From NCBI GenBank assembly GCA_002633005.1, contig NMRA01000363.1, positions 184,935 to 248,934 of the forward strand: 64,000 bases of DNA, in the 5' to 3' direction. A program made the position numbers and the translations under genes. The stretch is from Phoronis australis. Taxonomy: Eukaryota > Animalia > Phoronida. The notes below the pieces were generated by a model, which saw only the letters and a program-made list of their open reading frames with translations, was not told the origin of the DNA and ran no database searches. Numbering within the stretch: position 1 is the first letter of the stretch; each line of letters starts with the position of its first letter. Of this stretch, positions 24,878 through 38,316 are shown one piece after another.

Positions 24878-25452
24878 TATATATAGATTATTACATGGCG
24901 AAGTCGTTATCCCCTGTAATCTAGAGCCCGAGTGAATTTTGAAGAATTATGACATCACATACCCTGGTGTGCACAGTGTAAAATGGTTAGTTACAGATCT
25001 TGGGAGCTGAACGATCGAGAGACTGCTCAAAGAAAAAGTTTGATAACAGGACTATTTCTTCGAGTTGGAAAGAATTAAATACATTGTCAGTCTCCTAAAC
25101 TAAAGTGTCCCTCTATGCGCAAAAGATATTCATAAAAACGTGACTTTTTCTGTTTAAACTTTAAAGTGAGAGGCACAATTCCTCAAAAAGCTTCTGGCGT
25201 ATGAAGATCCCATGGGAGCTTCACTGCGTCTCTACTTAGCCACCTAGAAATGGTGATCACTGCCTACACTAGGGCCAGCTAGAGACGGTGGTCACTGTCT
25301 ACCAGTGCCACTGGCAGACAAAGTCACTGTCGGTGGAAGTGACACTGACAGTGTACCAGTGACAGTGTCACTGTCACTGTCAGTGAGTGGCAGTGCAGTG
25401 CCGACCGGAGGTCAAAGATAGGTCATCGCCGTCGAATTCCGAAACAGCTCAC

Positions 25453-25591
25453 CTTCCAAAATTTGAGGGATGCAGTTCACTTGTATAGGGGTTGGCTTGG
25501 TCATTCCGACAGCTTTACACTGTGTTGTCAGCCAATCATTCAAGCCAAGGTTCACGAAAGGGACTCGTGGACACTCAACGGAGGCCGCCAT
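25453..25591 (-). CDS. DDX49: DDX49 coding exon 1 (MAASVECPRVPFVNLGLNDWLTTQCKAVGMTKPTPIQVNCIPQILE)
   Basis: ATG in an AAAAATGGCG context, Q-motif F..LGL...PTPIQ and GTGAGC donor. The 12 joined exons give 460 aa with all DEAD-box motifs. Confidence 0.96.
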
Positions 25592-25595
25592 TTTT
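25584..25595 (-). promoter_or_regulatory. YY1-like motif overlapping the DDX49 start codon
   Basis: AAAAATGGCGGC on the minus strand matches the YY1 consensus AAxATGGCGGC often found at housekeeping-gene starts. Confidence 0.4.
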
Positions 25596-26004
25596 AAAAA
25601 CAGGCCTTCTTGTTGGGGGACACTTTAGAAAATAAAATTTTTGCAAAATAAGAGAAAAAATCAGACATAATCCAACTTGAATTTCAATAAAAGTTGAATA
25701 TATAATCTATTTGCTAAAATTTACTTATGTTCTAAATTATTTGAAGTACTGTACAATGCTTTAGAATAATTTCCAAATGCTCTCCAAAACATCCTTGAAC
25801 AGCCTTGAAATGCTATGAATTGGCAATAAAAATTCTGGGAAATATTTTTCTTAGGTAGAGCGAAGTCACAAAAACTTTTTTCATTTAATCTTTTCAAAAT
25901 TTGAAAGTGTGTGTTCAGTGAGTATGCTGTCACATATTTTTTGCTTGATGGTTTAGAATAGAGGCTATAACAACCAATAAAAGTTCAACTTTAAGGTCAT
26001 GGGA

Positions 26005-26240
26005 ATTGTACATGCGCACTCATTGGGCATCACACAGGTGAAAAACACCGTCTCGTACTCGCGAGCTCGTTGGGATAATCACTGGCTCAAAGTGAGTGCT
26101 AATCAACGCAAACCAGCATCACAACTCTGAAAAAGGCAAGTACTGTCAACTTGTTGTTATTTTTTACTAGGCAAATAGCGTAGAGAAGCTTCCACAACGG
26201 TTCGCGCGTATGACAGGCGCTCCCGTGCCCGGAACGTGCA
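26005..26240 (+). promoter_or_regulatory. CpG-richer candidate divergent promoter / non-coding first exon
   Basis: NRF1-like CATGCGCA (~26011), CTCGCGAG palindrome (26058-26065) and a GC-type donor consensus AAG|GCAAGT at 26135/26136, ~450 bp upstream of the DDX49 ATG. Confidence 0.3.
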
Positions 26241-29200
26241 CAAGAAAATGTTACAAGCTAAGCTGATACATTGATTTTTGATGGAAATAATTACTGTCCT
26301 TAGGAATATGCTATCTTAAAAGCCTACGTTCATCAATAATACAGCGATGAACGTTTGCAGGCGTCATATATGTTATTTTATTACGGCCTGCGGAAAGTGT
26401 TGACTATTTCAACCTTTTTTATACATTCCGTAAATTCCAATTGAATCCAAGTCATAGTCATTGAGTTTCCATACATGTGTTGTGTGTAGGCCTACTTTCA
26501 CCTGTGAACACAAATGCCTAAACCATGCCCTTTACACGATATGCCTCTTAAGATTATATGGGACCTTATCGACATTTCTGTGGATTCAATGTATTGCGTT
26601 TAACCTTGTGTGATCTGAAAGTAGAAAACCTGAAAAACTTGATTTTTGACTCAATTTTGTACCTGTACTGCCATTGAATGGAACAAATTACCATGTCCTT
26701 TTAGTAAAATTTATCAAAAAGGTAAGGTACTATCATAGCAAAACAACACTAATGATCAAGTTCTCTTTTCAAATGTTCAGAAACTCTGTGAGTTGTCATT
26801 GCGTTTATGCAATCTTTGTGATTTTGTAAAAATCCTATTTTGTGAAAATCCTATTTTGTGAAAATGCTATTTTTAGTAGCCTGTCATGTAAAAGTGGACC
26901 AATGTAGATGATTCCTAATACCGTTTTGAACAACAGTGCATAAAGCATGAAAGTTTGACACAAAGCTGACCATCCTCTTCTGTGATATGATATTCAGAAT
27001 ATATAGCGAAATTTGGACATTTTCCTAACTGTCCACCATTAAAAGCTTTAACCTTGATTCCCAGTGGTTGCAGTTTGCAGAACCACTTCCTGTCAAAGAA
27101 TGTTATGCCTACTTGGCCATTTTTTCTTATTTTGCATTGAGTCAAGCGTCTGTATCATTTTAGTCTACAGTACTATATAGTTTACGTACATTTAAACAAA
27201 GTATGGTATTTTTGACAAACTTGATTTTTGTAATTACTGCAGTCAATAATACAGTTCAGTAGCATTTAAAATCTTAGTTTATTGTTTTTAAAGCAGAAGT
27301 CAATGAAGTCATGAATTGGTTTTAACCCCATTGTCTGTTTCTGTGTCCCAGGGATGCCGTTCACACACTGAGTATGAGAAAATTGTTGTCCATTCCGCTG
27401 AATCATAGATTGCGTGTATGACAAACTGACTTTTTATCTTTGACACGTTTGGGATTAAGTTCATATGAATTATCAGAATGGATTTAAGTTGAAGATAAAA
27501 TACATCATCCTTGACACGTTAAGGAATTCACTCGGGATACAAAATTTGGATGTATGAAATGGCTCAGTTATGAACAGGGACGATGGGGAGTATAAGTTAC
27601 CTATACAGTTTGGAACAGTCTCATCACCACACCACCTAGTGTTCAATCGCTTCCGAAGATGGCTGCCGAGATGAGCTGAAACTGTCAAGGTACTTAATAC
27701 TTTTCTGGTTGTGGAAATAAGAAATAATCAATTTGTACTCTACCAACCTTATGAGATTATTTAGTAAAATATAAAATGGGTTTCCCAATTTCTCTGGATG
27801 TCCATGGCTATGTTGTGTGGTATGCTAATGCATATGTAGGGCTGTACATAAAATTTACTGTCTTACAAATCTGACCTTATTTTCAATGGGCTGATGAACT
27901 CCCTAAGCTGATGTTTGGAATTTTAATATATATACCTTGGCTTTCTAGATTTTGATAATTTTTCACTTGCTTAGCAAACAATTTGACTGGCAAGTGAAAT
28001 TCTATTTTGTAAAATTTCTCCTCAAAGCAAAAGATTAATTACATTTTAGTCTATATTACCAGCATGGTTTGTAGTGTGTAGATAAACAACATTTGGTGAA
28101 GTTTACATCATTTGTAGTAGGGTAAATCAGCCTTTGAAATTTAGAAAAAGTTCCCAGTTTGGCAATTATTTTTGTGTGAAATAAATGATGGGTGTTACCG
28201 TGGGGTGTCTGAATTGGAATCAAGAGTGTCCACATGAACTCCCGCTAGATGAAGGCCGGTCTTCTTGATATTGAATACACTTATCAGAAAGAGGCTAATT
28301 ATGTATTGAGTGAAATTGAGTATGGTAATTTTCCTGCTAAGGGTGGGAAAATTTTATGTTGATTCCGGGTTTTGTTTATAAGGTTCTCCCTTTTGGGTTT
28401 TCAGTGTGTATCTGAACTACTGAAGCTGCTTTACAGTCTCCAGTTGATGACACAATATGGCTGACAAGTGAAATTTCATTATGTCATATTTCCATGTATC
28501 AAATGCAGCTCACCAGATTAAACATTTGTCAATGCTGAAGTGTTCTACCACAACCACCATCAGACAGTACAATTTTAGATGCCGTCGAAAGTAAAAAAAA
28601 GAACTTGGGCAAAGTTGTTTTAGCACGCGATTTGTTATTTGAGTCAAAATTTCTTGTTTTATGGCCTTCCTGTCGGTAAGCTGTATTTACTTGCTTATGC
28701 CTGCATTTGTAACAGATGTGAGTTTTCTAGAGGTGAGATAAGGCACGTTTTTAATGTCCCAAAAATTTACAAAGTCTGCAAAATGAGGTGAAACAAGTGT
28801 AGGATGTTGGTACACACAGAAAATATACTTTATGTTGGGAATATGTCCCGAAAATAATAGGTGCATCGCAAGCTCCGTTTCCAGAGATACAATTACGTTA
28901 CTTTGTAACTTGTATTTTGCATTTTTTCTGACAAATGCAGCAATCTTAAAACAAACTGAAGCTTATCGTTGAAATTCATACATTCAATATGGTGGACGTA
29001 CTCTGTGTGATAAAAGTTGCCCATGAACACTGCGTGCTGGGAAATTAAAATATCCTTTCCTTTTGAGAGTTGGAAGATGATACGCTGCCCCTATAGAGGG
29101 TAAGCGCAAAAAGGCCTATTTGTTAGAGGTCTGCTTGAAAAAGTCAGACGTCTTTTATATGAGAGTTTTTTTTGTGAGGGCTTTTAATCGTCTAAAACAA

Positions 29201-32200
29201 AAAATTCTTTGGTCTTTTTCTGTTTTTACACAGTAAACCTTGAGAAAATGTGGAACTCTGCTTATTTGACTGTAGCAGAACATGACCCAAAAATAAATCC
29301 TTTCACTAAGAATCTGTTTCCCATCTGGCCGACATGTACTTCCTATACCCCTGCATGTACCCACCACCCCTGCATGTACCCACCACCACCAGGGCATATT
29401 GCATATACAGACTGCATGTGAAATCCTTTGTGAAATACATACATTTGTGCAACTCTTAACAAAATCCAACATGTTGAAACAAAGCCAACCTGATTGACTA
29501 CATTTTGTCTCTTTCTTATTGAATAGATTTCTCGTATTATTATTATTATTATTAGAAGGAACTTTTGATTTCTGTGTTCTGTTTTCAAGTGTAGCAAAAA
29601 TGCCAGTAATGTCAATGGTTACTTAGTCCCACATTTGCTGGTGCTTTGGTAGTGGTTCGAGTTGCCTCAAAATTTTTGTTGGCGTTTTTGCTAACACTTT
29701 TGTAGCTCGATCGCTCAATTCAAAGGGCACGCATGCGCGAAGGGTAAGAGGCCTTTTTATCATCACATTGATCAATTTATGACAGAGAGTGGACGTCAGG
29801 GTATGACATCAGTTTTCGCTTTAAAGCTATTAGTTTGAAATAACTGCTGGTGAAAATAGCCCCATTGCGGATAGCTCGTCTATCTGGCTGAAAATCGTTT
29901 GTCCTAACATTTTTGCTAGTCAAACTGCTATTATTTTCGTTTTCGCCACTTATGTGAACCTAATATATATTATCTAGTGTTGATATGTCTCACCACTGCA
30001 CTCATTGTCTTTCCACCATTAAGCAACCCCATGCACTGGAGCGCTATGCCATTGCTTGGAACTACGTCAATGCACTTCTGGTTTGAGGAATTGTTAGTTT
30101 CATTAATTTTTTGCGTGAATTGGCTGAAAACGTTCCTGATAGCTTGTATATTTTAATATAGGCCACTGATTGAACTTCGAGGTGCAGGTCATGTTTCCAT
30201 AATATAAACAGTAGAAAGAATCGTACACCTGGGATGCTGTAGAGTTTGTGTGTGCTTAGTAAAATCTCATCAATTTTGCTAAAAAGTATTTGCCAAATTG
30301 TTCTTTTAGATCAGAGCCGGCTGGTCTTGCTGTGGTGCTTAGTTTACACCACCACCAACAGGTGTGATACTGATGCTGTGCATTTTGAAGGCGTTTTTGT
30401 TTCAGTTTATAGTAAATGGTATATAGGGCATTAATTGTATTTGAAAAGTTTTTTGGCTTACTAACATTACTGTGAATGCTGTTCTAAAGAAAATCAAAGG
30501 AATTCCCAAGTCGCCAAATCTCTTTGGCAAAATCCTAAATTCAATGAGATACCTGTAGTGAAAAGCCACTGAGCTCCGCAAATGTCCTCCGGTGCACCCG
30601 AGATCACCCGGTCCGCCTTTTTTCTAGAACGCAAAATAAGAAACATCCCGCGACGTGCTCATTGACAACCACCTAACATGGCAGAAGAACACACGATTGT
30701 CCCTTCTGACTCTTGCGGAATAATTCTGTCTGTTTACTACCTGTTTGTGTATGCTTGGATGTGGCTTAGTGCAACCTGGGAGTTTTAAAGGATGCCGTAC
30801 ACAAAATCTGAGGTTGCATTGGAGATCTGGATTTCCAAGTCTTTTGCTGCATAGAATGTTGAGTCTTGTGCTGTGGGATCACTTTGAACTTAATTTGTTG
30901 CCAACACTGACCTCCCTGATGTTTCTTTGCTGTGTCCACTGAATGTCTGGTTCATTGGCAATCAATGGCATACTCCTTGACAGAGTAGATAATCCTTTCA
31001 ATATTAATTTCTCATGGATTACATGTTAACAGGGCAGAGTTTGTGCTACTAATCAGCTTTGAAATGAAGCGGTTGTCATGAACTGTCAGAGATGAATTAG
31101 AATCTAAGGCTCATGAGAACTTAAGTCCTGTCTTCACATTCTGATTTTGAAGTGTCATGTACTAGCACTTCAGCACATGAAACCCAACAATGAAGCAGCA
31201 ATTTTGAAGCTGCGCCTAATTGCTGAACTTAGGCGCATGCATCTAAGCGTGGGACATTTGAGTTAGGAACCAAGTGTTGTTTCTTGGACGTTGAAGACTA
31301 AAGGCTTTCTTAAAAATAAAGCCATGAGTTTTAAAACTACCGTTTTTCAGTCTTAACTATTCCTCTAACTTTTTATTTCATTGAGAGTGTCACTGATGCC
31401 ATGCTCTGTGTTTTCAAAAAATGTGGTTCGGAAGTGTATTTAAAAAAATCAAGGTGTGCCTATGATCATAGCATCATACTCGCCAAATTGTGGAACGTTG
31501 GCACACACGGGACATTCAGTCAGCGGAAAGTTCCTGCGAAAAAAAAATTCACTCAGCTCCGCCTATAGTCGCTTACACAATATTTAGAGGTTGTATGGTA
31601 GTTGTATACGAAAAACCAGAGTTCAACTGCGGTCCATGAAAAGTAGATCTCTGTAGACAGGGCAACTCTTCCTCACCTGTTTTCCACACTTACATTTTGT
31701 CAAGTTTCTCAAACAGATATTAAACGATTCTAGTCTAATATTGACTTTGTACTGTGGAGACCTCATATTGTAACATTTGCAGCAAGGCCTTTGAAAAATA
31801 GCAAAATGACAACTTATCCGAAATAAGTGAAGAATTGCCTTATCCTTCATTTAAGGTAAATTCTCACACCTGTATTTACAGTTATAACAGGCATAGGAAC
31901 CAAAACAATTCTCTTGTTTGGGGCTGTGAAAATTAAATATTTTTCTCAAGGTCGTCAGCGTTGCTCTCTGACCTAGAACTTTGAAAAATAAACTTGGTGC
32001 ACAAAATGAAAGTTGGTGTTCTTGGCAAGCGCCAGTTCCAATTTGGCGACTATGCGTAGAACCTGCTGACTGCTAAGGATGCCATGCCATTATGATTCAA
32101 ACACAACGGCAAGCGTGATTCAAAATTTAGTTTCCACGCATTCACTATTTTGAAGTTAACTGAAACAAAATTATTTCAAACAACGCGTCAGAAACTGGCT

Positions 32201-33481
32201 TGCCGTCTGTTTGTAACAAGGCTAATGTGCAAGGAATTAACATGGCAATGAGGAGACGATCTGAACTCCGCATTTAACTGACAGAGTGCTTGAGTAACCA
32301 AGCTGAAATTCTCTCACCTTCTTGGAGACTAGTCTACAAACTTCTGCTCACCCTGCAGTCACCATTGCGTTGGTGAAAGATTTGATCTTAAACTAATTCT
32401 CAAATATTGTCTAGAAATTGGAAACGAGCAATGCTGCTGGTTTTCTCGTAATGGAGGACAGTTCGCTTTCTCATTAAGTTCCAGATTAATGCTTTCCCTT
32501 TTGAAAATTCCGTTAGTATCATAATACTGAATTTTGAGAAAATGTTAGAAATCCAAGTAAAAAGCCAGATGCTATTTTCTGCAATCATTTTTATTGTCAG
32601 TTACATTGCCCAATACATTTCGTGTAACTGGGCACATGCCATCTAGGGATTGGGAATCGTCAAATTGACATAATTTTTGATGGACCAATTTGTGCAGTAA
32701 CAACTCGGACTTCCTGTAATTTAGTCATTTATCATTCCCCAAGACACAGTCAATGATCTATTTTCTAAATGTTGGTATTAAATACAATTGGGATGGGGAG
32801 AAAATTACGGCAGCTGGAATGAAATTGTTTCATTTCCTGGAGAGTGTCCACACAGTCTTATAACTGATTCACTAGTCAGTTTCCAAAATGCTGTGTAAGT
32901 TTTTCCTGGTGGTAAAACCTTTTTGTGTACAGTGTAGTGGGGTCATTTCCACCACCAGGCATTGCCTGCAATAAAGGGGTAATTTGTCTGTATGTTTAGT
33001 TCCTGATAAAGTCATTACTAGTGGTTGACACCATAATCAAAGGCTCTCTTTTCTCTCATGTTTTAAACAGTCCCTTTGAAATGAGATAAGGATGGATTTG
33101 GAGAAAGCTTTCCTCGAATTTCTCCAGTGTCACATGGTCATAGGTGGATAGCTGGACCATTTCTATACACATTCCCTTCACAATAGGGGGTTGTCATCAA
33201 TAGAGTGACTACCCTATTCACTAGGTCACATAGTGAGGGTAATTACTGTTTCTGATCTGATCTAAATAGATGGCTTGAAAGCATTAAGGCTCTATTTTCC
33301 CATTTTGTTTTTGAGACATGAAAACTGATGGAAACTATATAAAATCAGATTAGAGGAGTAAAAATTAGACTATGTGGTTCTTGAAATATCAAAATTGGTC
33401 AAGTAATAGCGATTAAAAAGAAAAAAACAAAACAAAACAAAACAAGCCATCAGCTATTCCTGGAAAAGTAGTTTCCAGCAT

Positions 33482-35261
33482 CACAGGTGAGAAACAACAT
33501 GACCGCCGGTCCTCTAAATCGGACCGACTCACCCAAAACAGGACTGACGCACCTAAAAACGTGACCGCCCCACCACAAAACAGGACCGCCGGGGACTCAG
33601 AGTAGTTAAGGCCTTTGTGTGATACTGCGGGTTATGACGTAACCGGTCAGATAGCTGTGTAAAGACTATCGCCAAAATAAAGCTTGACAGGCTTAGCGTT
33701 ATTGAGCTCCGTTACATCCCCGAAATTTCCCACAGCCCGGGTAGTTCTGCTAGTCACCTCGTCGTGAAACTTACATCAACATGTAGTAGAGCGCGCGACC
33801 GGCGCAGGCACATGCAAAATGTAGGCGTCAACCAACACTCACCCTGCAGGTTACAACCGCTTGAGTGAAAAACAATCTATGAACTATTGTAACAATAAGT
33901 CTGTCACGCTCGTGACATGTGCACACGCCATTTCCTCAGAAAAATTTTGCGACATCTTTCGGAAGATGATGACAACTTCGCGGCAACAAGATTTGTTCTG
34001 AAATTCGGTTTGCTGGTATTAAAATACTAAAAACTTATAACGAAATGAAACCAGTTTCGATAATTTGTTGTGCCAGGTACGCAACCTTGTANNNNNNNNN
34101 NNNNNNNNNNNNNNNNNNNNNNNNNNNNNNNNNNNNNNNNNNNNNNNNNNNNNNNNNNNNNNNNNNNNNNNNNNNNNNNNNNNNNNNNNNNNNNNNNNNN
34201 NNNNNNNNNNNNNNNNNNNNNNNNNNNNNNNNNNNNNNNNNNNNNNNNNNNNNNNNNNNNNNNNNNNNNNNNNNNNNNNNNNNNNNNNNNNNNNNNNNNN
34301 NNNNNNNNNNNNNNNNNNNNNNNNNNNNNNNNNNNNNNNNNNNNNNNNNNNNNNNNNNNNNNNNNNNNNNNNNNNNNNNNNNNNNNNNNNNNNNNNNNNN
34401 NNNNNNNNNNNNNNNNNNNNNNNNGAGCTGACCAGCGACTAGCATTAGTTCGTCGAATTGCGCATGCATGGATCGGACTTCCCGGCGACTCGGACGCCAC
34501 GACACCTGCCACCCGTGGCGGGAGCAGCTAATTTCTTGGCTAACACCTGCTTCTAAATCTGGATTTAAGCAAAATGACAAAGTCCACGCTTACACATATG
34601 CAAGCGTATCCAACTACAATTAAATGTATTTTCATGTGAAACCATTCAATGTTCTTTGAACATTGACTTGTGTGAGTTCTTAATTTTCTTAGATCTGCCC
34701 AATCAGGTAGAATTGTGTTTCAAGTCATTCGCTATAAGCACCGGAGGGTTCAAATTGGAAGTTCGCGTCGTGTGACATCGTATGACGTCATATGACGTAG
34801 GAGATGCGAGCCTCATTTGCATATATAAGTGACATCTGTTGGTTCAAAAAAGAGGATCAAGCCCGAGTACATGCCTGGGAAGAGGCATCTTTTTAAGGGT
34901 AAAACAAGTCATGTTCAAAGCATCCTAGTGCCATTAATATGCAGTCTTTGGGGACCAAAGTGGTGTCCTTTTATAGCTAAAAAGTTAAGCTTTCGAACAC
35001 AATGCATGGATTTCAGACGACTTTAACATTTACTTTTGAAATCACTTTTGAATATCCGTTAAAATGCGCTAAAACAGTTGTCCCTTCCTGGTTATCTCTT
35101 CCTGATCTTAGTCATTGCGGTTTTAGTCCCCGGCGGTCCTGTTTTGTGGTGGGGCGGTCATGTTTTTAGGTGCATCAGTCCCATTTTCTGGTGTGGCGGT
35201 CCCATTTGATCCCCGGAGGTCCTGTTTAGAGGACCGGCGGTCATGTTGTTTCTCACCCATG
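33482..35261. mobile_element. Non-autonomous DNA transposon with CA(C/T) termini, long TIRs and 5-bp TSD (Transib/RAG-like or hAT5-like)
   Basis: Left end is CACAGGTGAGAAACAACATGACCGCCGGTCCTCTAAA. The right end, reverse-complemented, is CATGGGTGAGAAACAACATGACCGCCGGTCCTCTAAA. Inverted arms span 33482-33597 and 35125-35261, with AGCAT on both flanks. Contains N-gap 34092-34424. Confidence 0.8.
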
Positions 35262-35559
35262 AGCATGGCTTATAATCCAATTAAGTGCATCACTAACTCA
35301 CAATGGAAGCTGTGTCTGAAAGAATGTGGCTAAAACTGGCCCTGGTCTAGTTGGATCCTTTAAATGGATTGTTCAGGACATCATGGTTGTGGTTGTCCTT
35401 TGATTAAAATGGCATTGTTACTGTGTCCTGAATGACGTTGCTTTTTTGTGGGACACAAAAATTAAGGCACAATTGGACTTGTTATTTGGGAGGAAGGACA
35501 TTATGATGCAAGTTTGCTCAACAGAGGCATTAGGTATGATTTCTTTCCCCCCAACCCAG

Positions 35560-36110
35560 TTGCCACCAATTTTGTATCACCCTGTCCCAGTCACCACAGA
35601 TTTGGATGCCCCTACAGCGCCGGTCACCACAGATTTGCAGTATGCCCCTGCACCAGCTGCCACAGATTTCAAATTTCCCTTGTTGCCACAAATTGCCATC
35701 AATTTAAGCTAACTACCAGTCACCACCAGTTTCATTGTCGTCATGATCACCATCATTATTTCCACCACCACTCTACATCACCACCACCATCACCACCACC
35801 ACTCTACATCACTCACCATCATCACCATCATCATCATTATTTCTACCACCACTCCACACCACCACCACTCCACACACCATCACCACTCCACACACCATCA
35901 CCACTCCACATCACCACTCCACACTACACCACTCCACACTACTACCTCCACCANNNNNNNNNNNNNNNNNNNNNNNNNNNNNNCATTCCAGACTACCACC
36001 ACTCCAGACCACCACCAGTCCACACCACCGCCAATCCACATCACCACCACTCCACACCACCACCAATCCACACCATCACCAATCCACACCACCACCACCA
36101 CCATCCTCAT
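35560..36110. repeat. CAC/CAT-rich low-complexity microsatellite region (with N-gap 35954-35983)
   Basis: (CAC)n, (CAT)n and CACCACTCCA iterations. This region is the source of the spurious His/Thr/Pro-rich ORFs. Confidence 0.9.
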
Positions 36111-38316
36111 TGTCAGATTTCATTTAATTTTCCCAGGTGTTGCTTACCACACTACTTTCATTGGTTGATCAACTGACAGTTGCTGGTTACTAAGACATGG
36201 AGCATATTTAGTGAGAAACTGGGTGCACTCCAAGCTCTACCCTACAATTAGCTCATTCAGTGCTCTTTTGCCATTGGTTTTCATTAATAATATATATTGT
36301 GAACATACTGATGGAAATGTCAGCTCCCCACTTGATTTAACTAGACAAGGTACTTTTCTGAGTGCATTAAACATTTATTTGCTGATAAAGCCCTGCGGAA
36401 CCTATAAATCTTTATGTAGGGTCACCATGGGGCTGGATGGCATATGACCAAAGGAAGTGGAATGCTCAGTGACAAACTTCCTCTTGCACACATCCTGGGC
36501 CTTGTTGCAAAATTCACTGAAGACACTTGCGACAAGAAATCTTCACTTACGTATATGGAGGCCGTGAATTGTCTTCCATTCCATCCTCGGTGACCAATCT
36601 TCGGTTGCGGTGGCCATTTTGCTAGTTATGACCATTGAGGTTTTAAGCTACATGTAGCTTGTGACGGACTTGCTATAATTTCACTCGCGTTATTTTTAAA
36701 TAGTCTTGCGATATGTCACCAGTTATCTTGCAAGAGACTGACATTCTGGGGAACACATCCCCACACTTGTGCACACAATACTTTTTGCTGTTTTCATTGG
36801 AGTTACCATTTTCGAAAAAAAAACGCACAGTTTTCTTTTTACGGCTGTGACTTACCGTTCATTCACTGCTGTTACTTGCCGCAAAATATCGTATTATTCT
36901 GTACGGTGATGATGCCACAGTTGGGCGCCAGCTGTAAAATTTTGGACCCTGGAATTCAAGCCAAATTGAATTTTCTTTATTCTGAAATATCCATACAATG
37001 CGTTTTCGTATAAATACAGTATAACAATAGATAAAATGGCTGAAAATCGCTGCCAATAAATATATTTCATGTGTCCACATAGTGTGTAACATCGAATGAA
37101 TGATCGTTTGTTGTTGATCGTAATTCCTAAGTTAGGGATAGTCAAAATTAATATCGCTATTTTTAAAAAAAATTCTACATAAAACTTTTTACGATTATGC
37201 TGTTTTTTTTGCATTCGCGTGGTAAAATTTTATCTTTTCATTATTTCTGATCATTAGATGCTCGTGTGATCTTTTTGTAATCAGTTGCGTGCCAACTAAT
37301 ACCAGCGTAGTTAGTCACTAACGCTAAAACAGTGCTTGAACTTTAAAGGACTTATCACTTTTTCTTAACTACTGTTCTGAAGTCACAAAATTCACCTGGA
37401 AGGCCAGCATTTGTAATTTAGCAATCATTCTTTTAGAGCTGGTTTCTCACATAAAATGATAGTCTAAATGATCTTTTTTCCATTTTTCAATGGCTGTCTG
37501 TTATGTTCATTTGCAAGTGATGAGAAATTTACCAAGTGTTGTCTTGTAACATCTGGGCTGGGCTGCATAAAATTCAAAGTTATACACTGGAAAAGTTTGA
37601 TTGTTGTGATGTCTGGTGCATTGTTCAACAATAAGAACGTGGGGCGCGATAATGCTACGTCATTGTTGCTATGCATTGTATATCTTTTATGCAACTAGGC
37701 CCTGTCTATCAAACAGAATTATCCTAAAGTTAATTTTTAGTTCATAAGTGTGAGAAATTGGATTTTCATCTTTTGTCCATATTATTTGTTGAATATGATA
37801 ATTACGGTAATGCTAGCAAATGTGACCCAATGGAAGATCTTCATGGATTGGAATTCAAAGCCTTATGTTCCTATTCAAAAGTTCTTATCTTATATACAAT
37901 ATACCACGTGTATATCCTGTCTCAGGCATACCATTAGCTACAACAAGATTACTTTACTTAAATCCTTGAAATATCCTAGTGTTTGTCTCGGTCACCCTCA
38001 TTAACACTCAAAAGTTTGGACATCAATGTGAAAACTGTCTACTTCAAGTCTATTTGATCTGCCACTTAGGTGACTGGTAGAACAAGGTCAGGCCAAGGAA
38101 CCCTTGCTCTGGTGTATGTTTCGAGTCTTGGCAGTGGGGTATGTTTTAGGTGTTCAGTTTTTCAGAAAAGAAGACACACCCGAGACGAGCACAATTATGT
38201 GGAAGTTGTTTTTTTTTACGCATTTTTTTCTAATGAAGCAGTTTCAAACCTTGCTTGCCCTTAATTAATTGATTATGTGCCCTTATGCAGCTTTTTAAAA
38301 ACATGAGACCTTGACA

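Noticed and set aside
35514-36176. His/Pro/Thr-rich ORFs (220 aa and others)
   Set aside because: They arise from CAC/CAT microsatellites and span an N-gap, with no splice or homology support.
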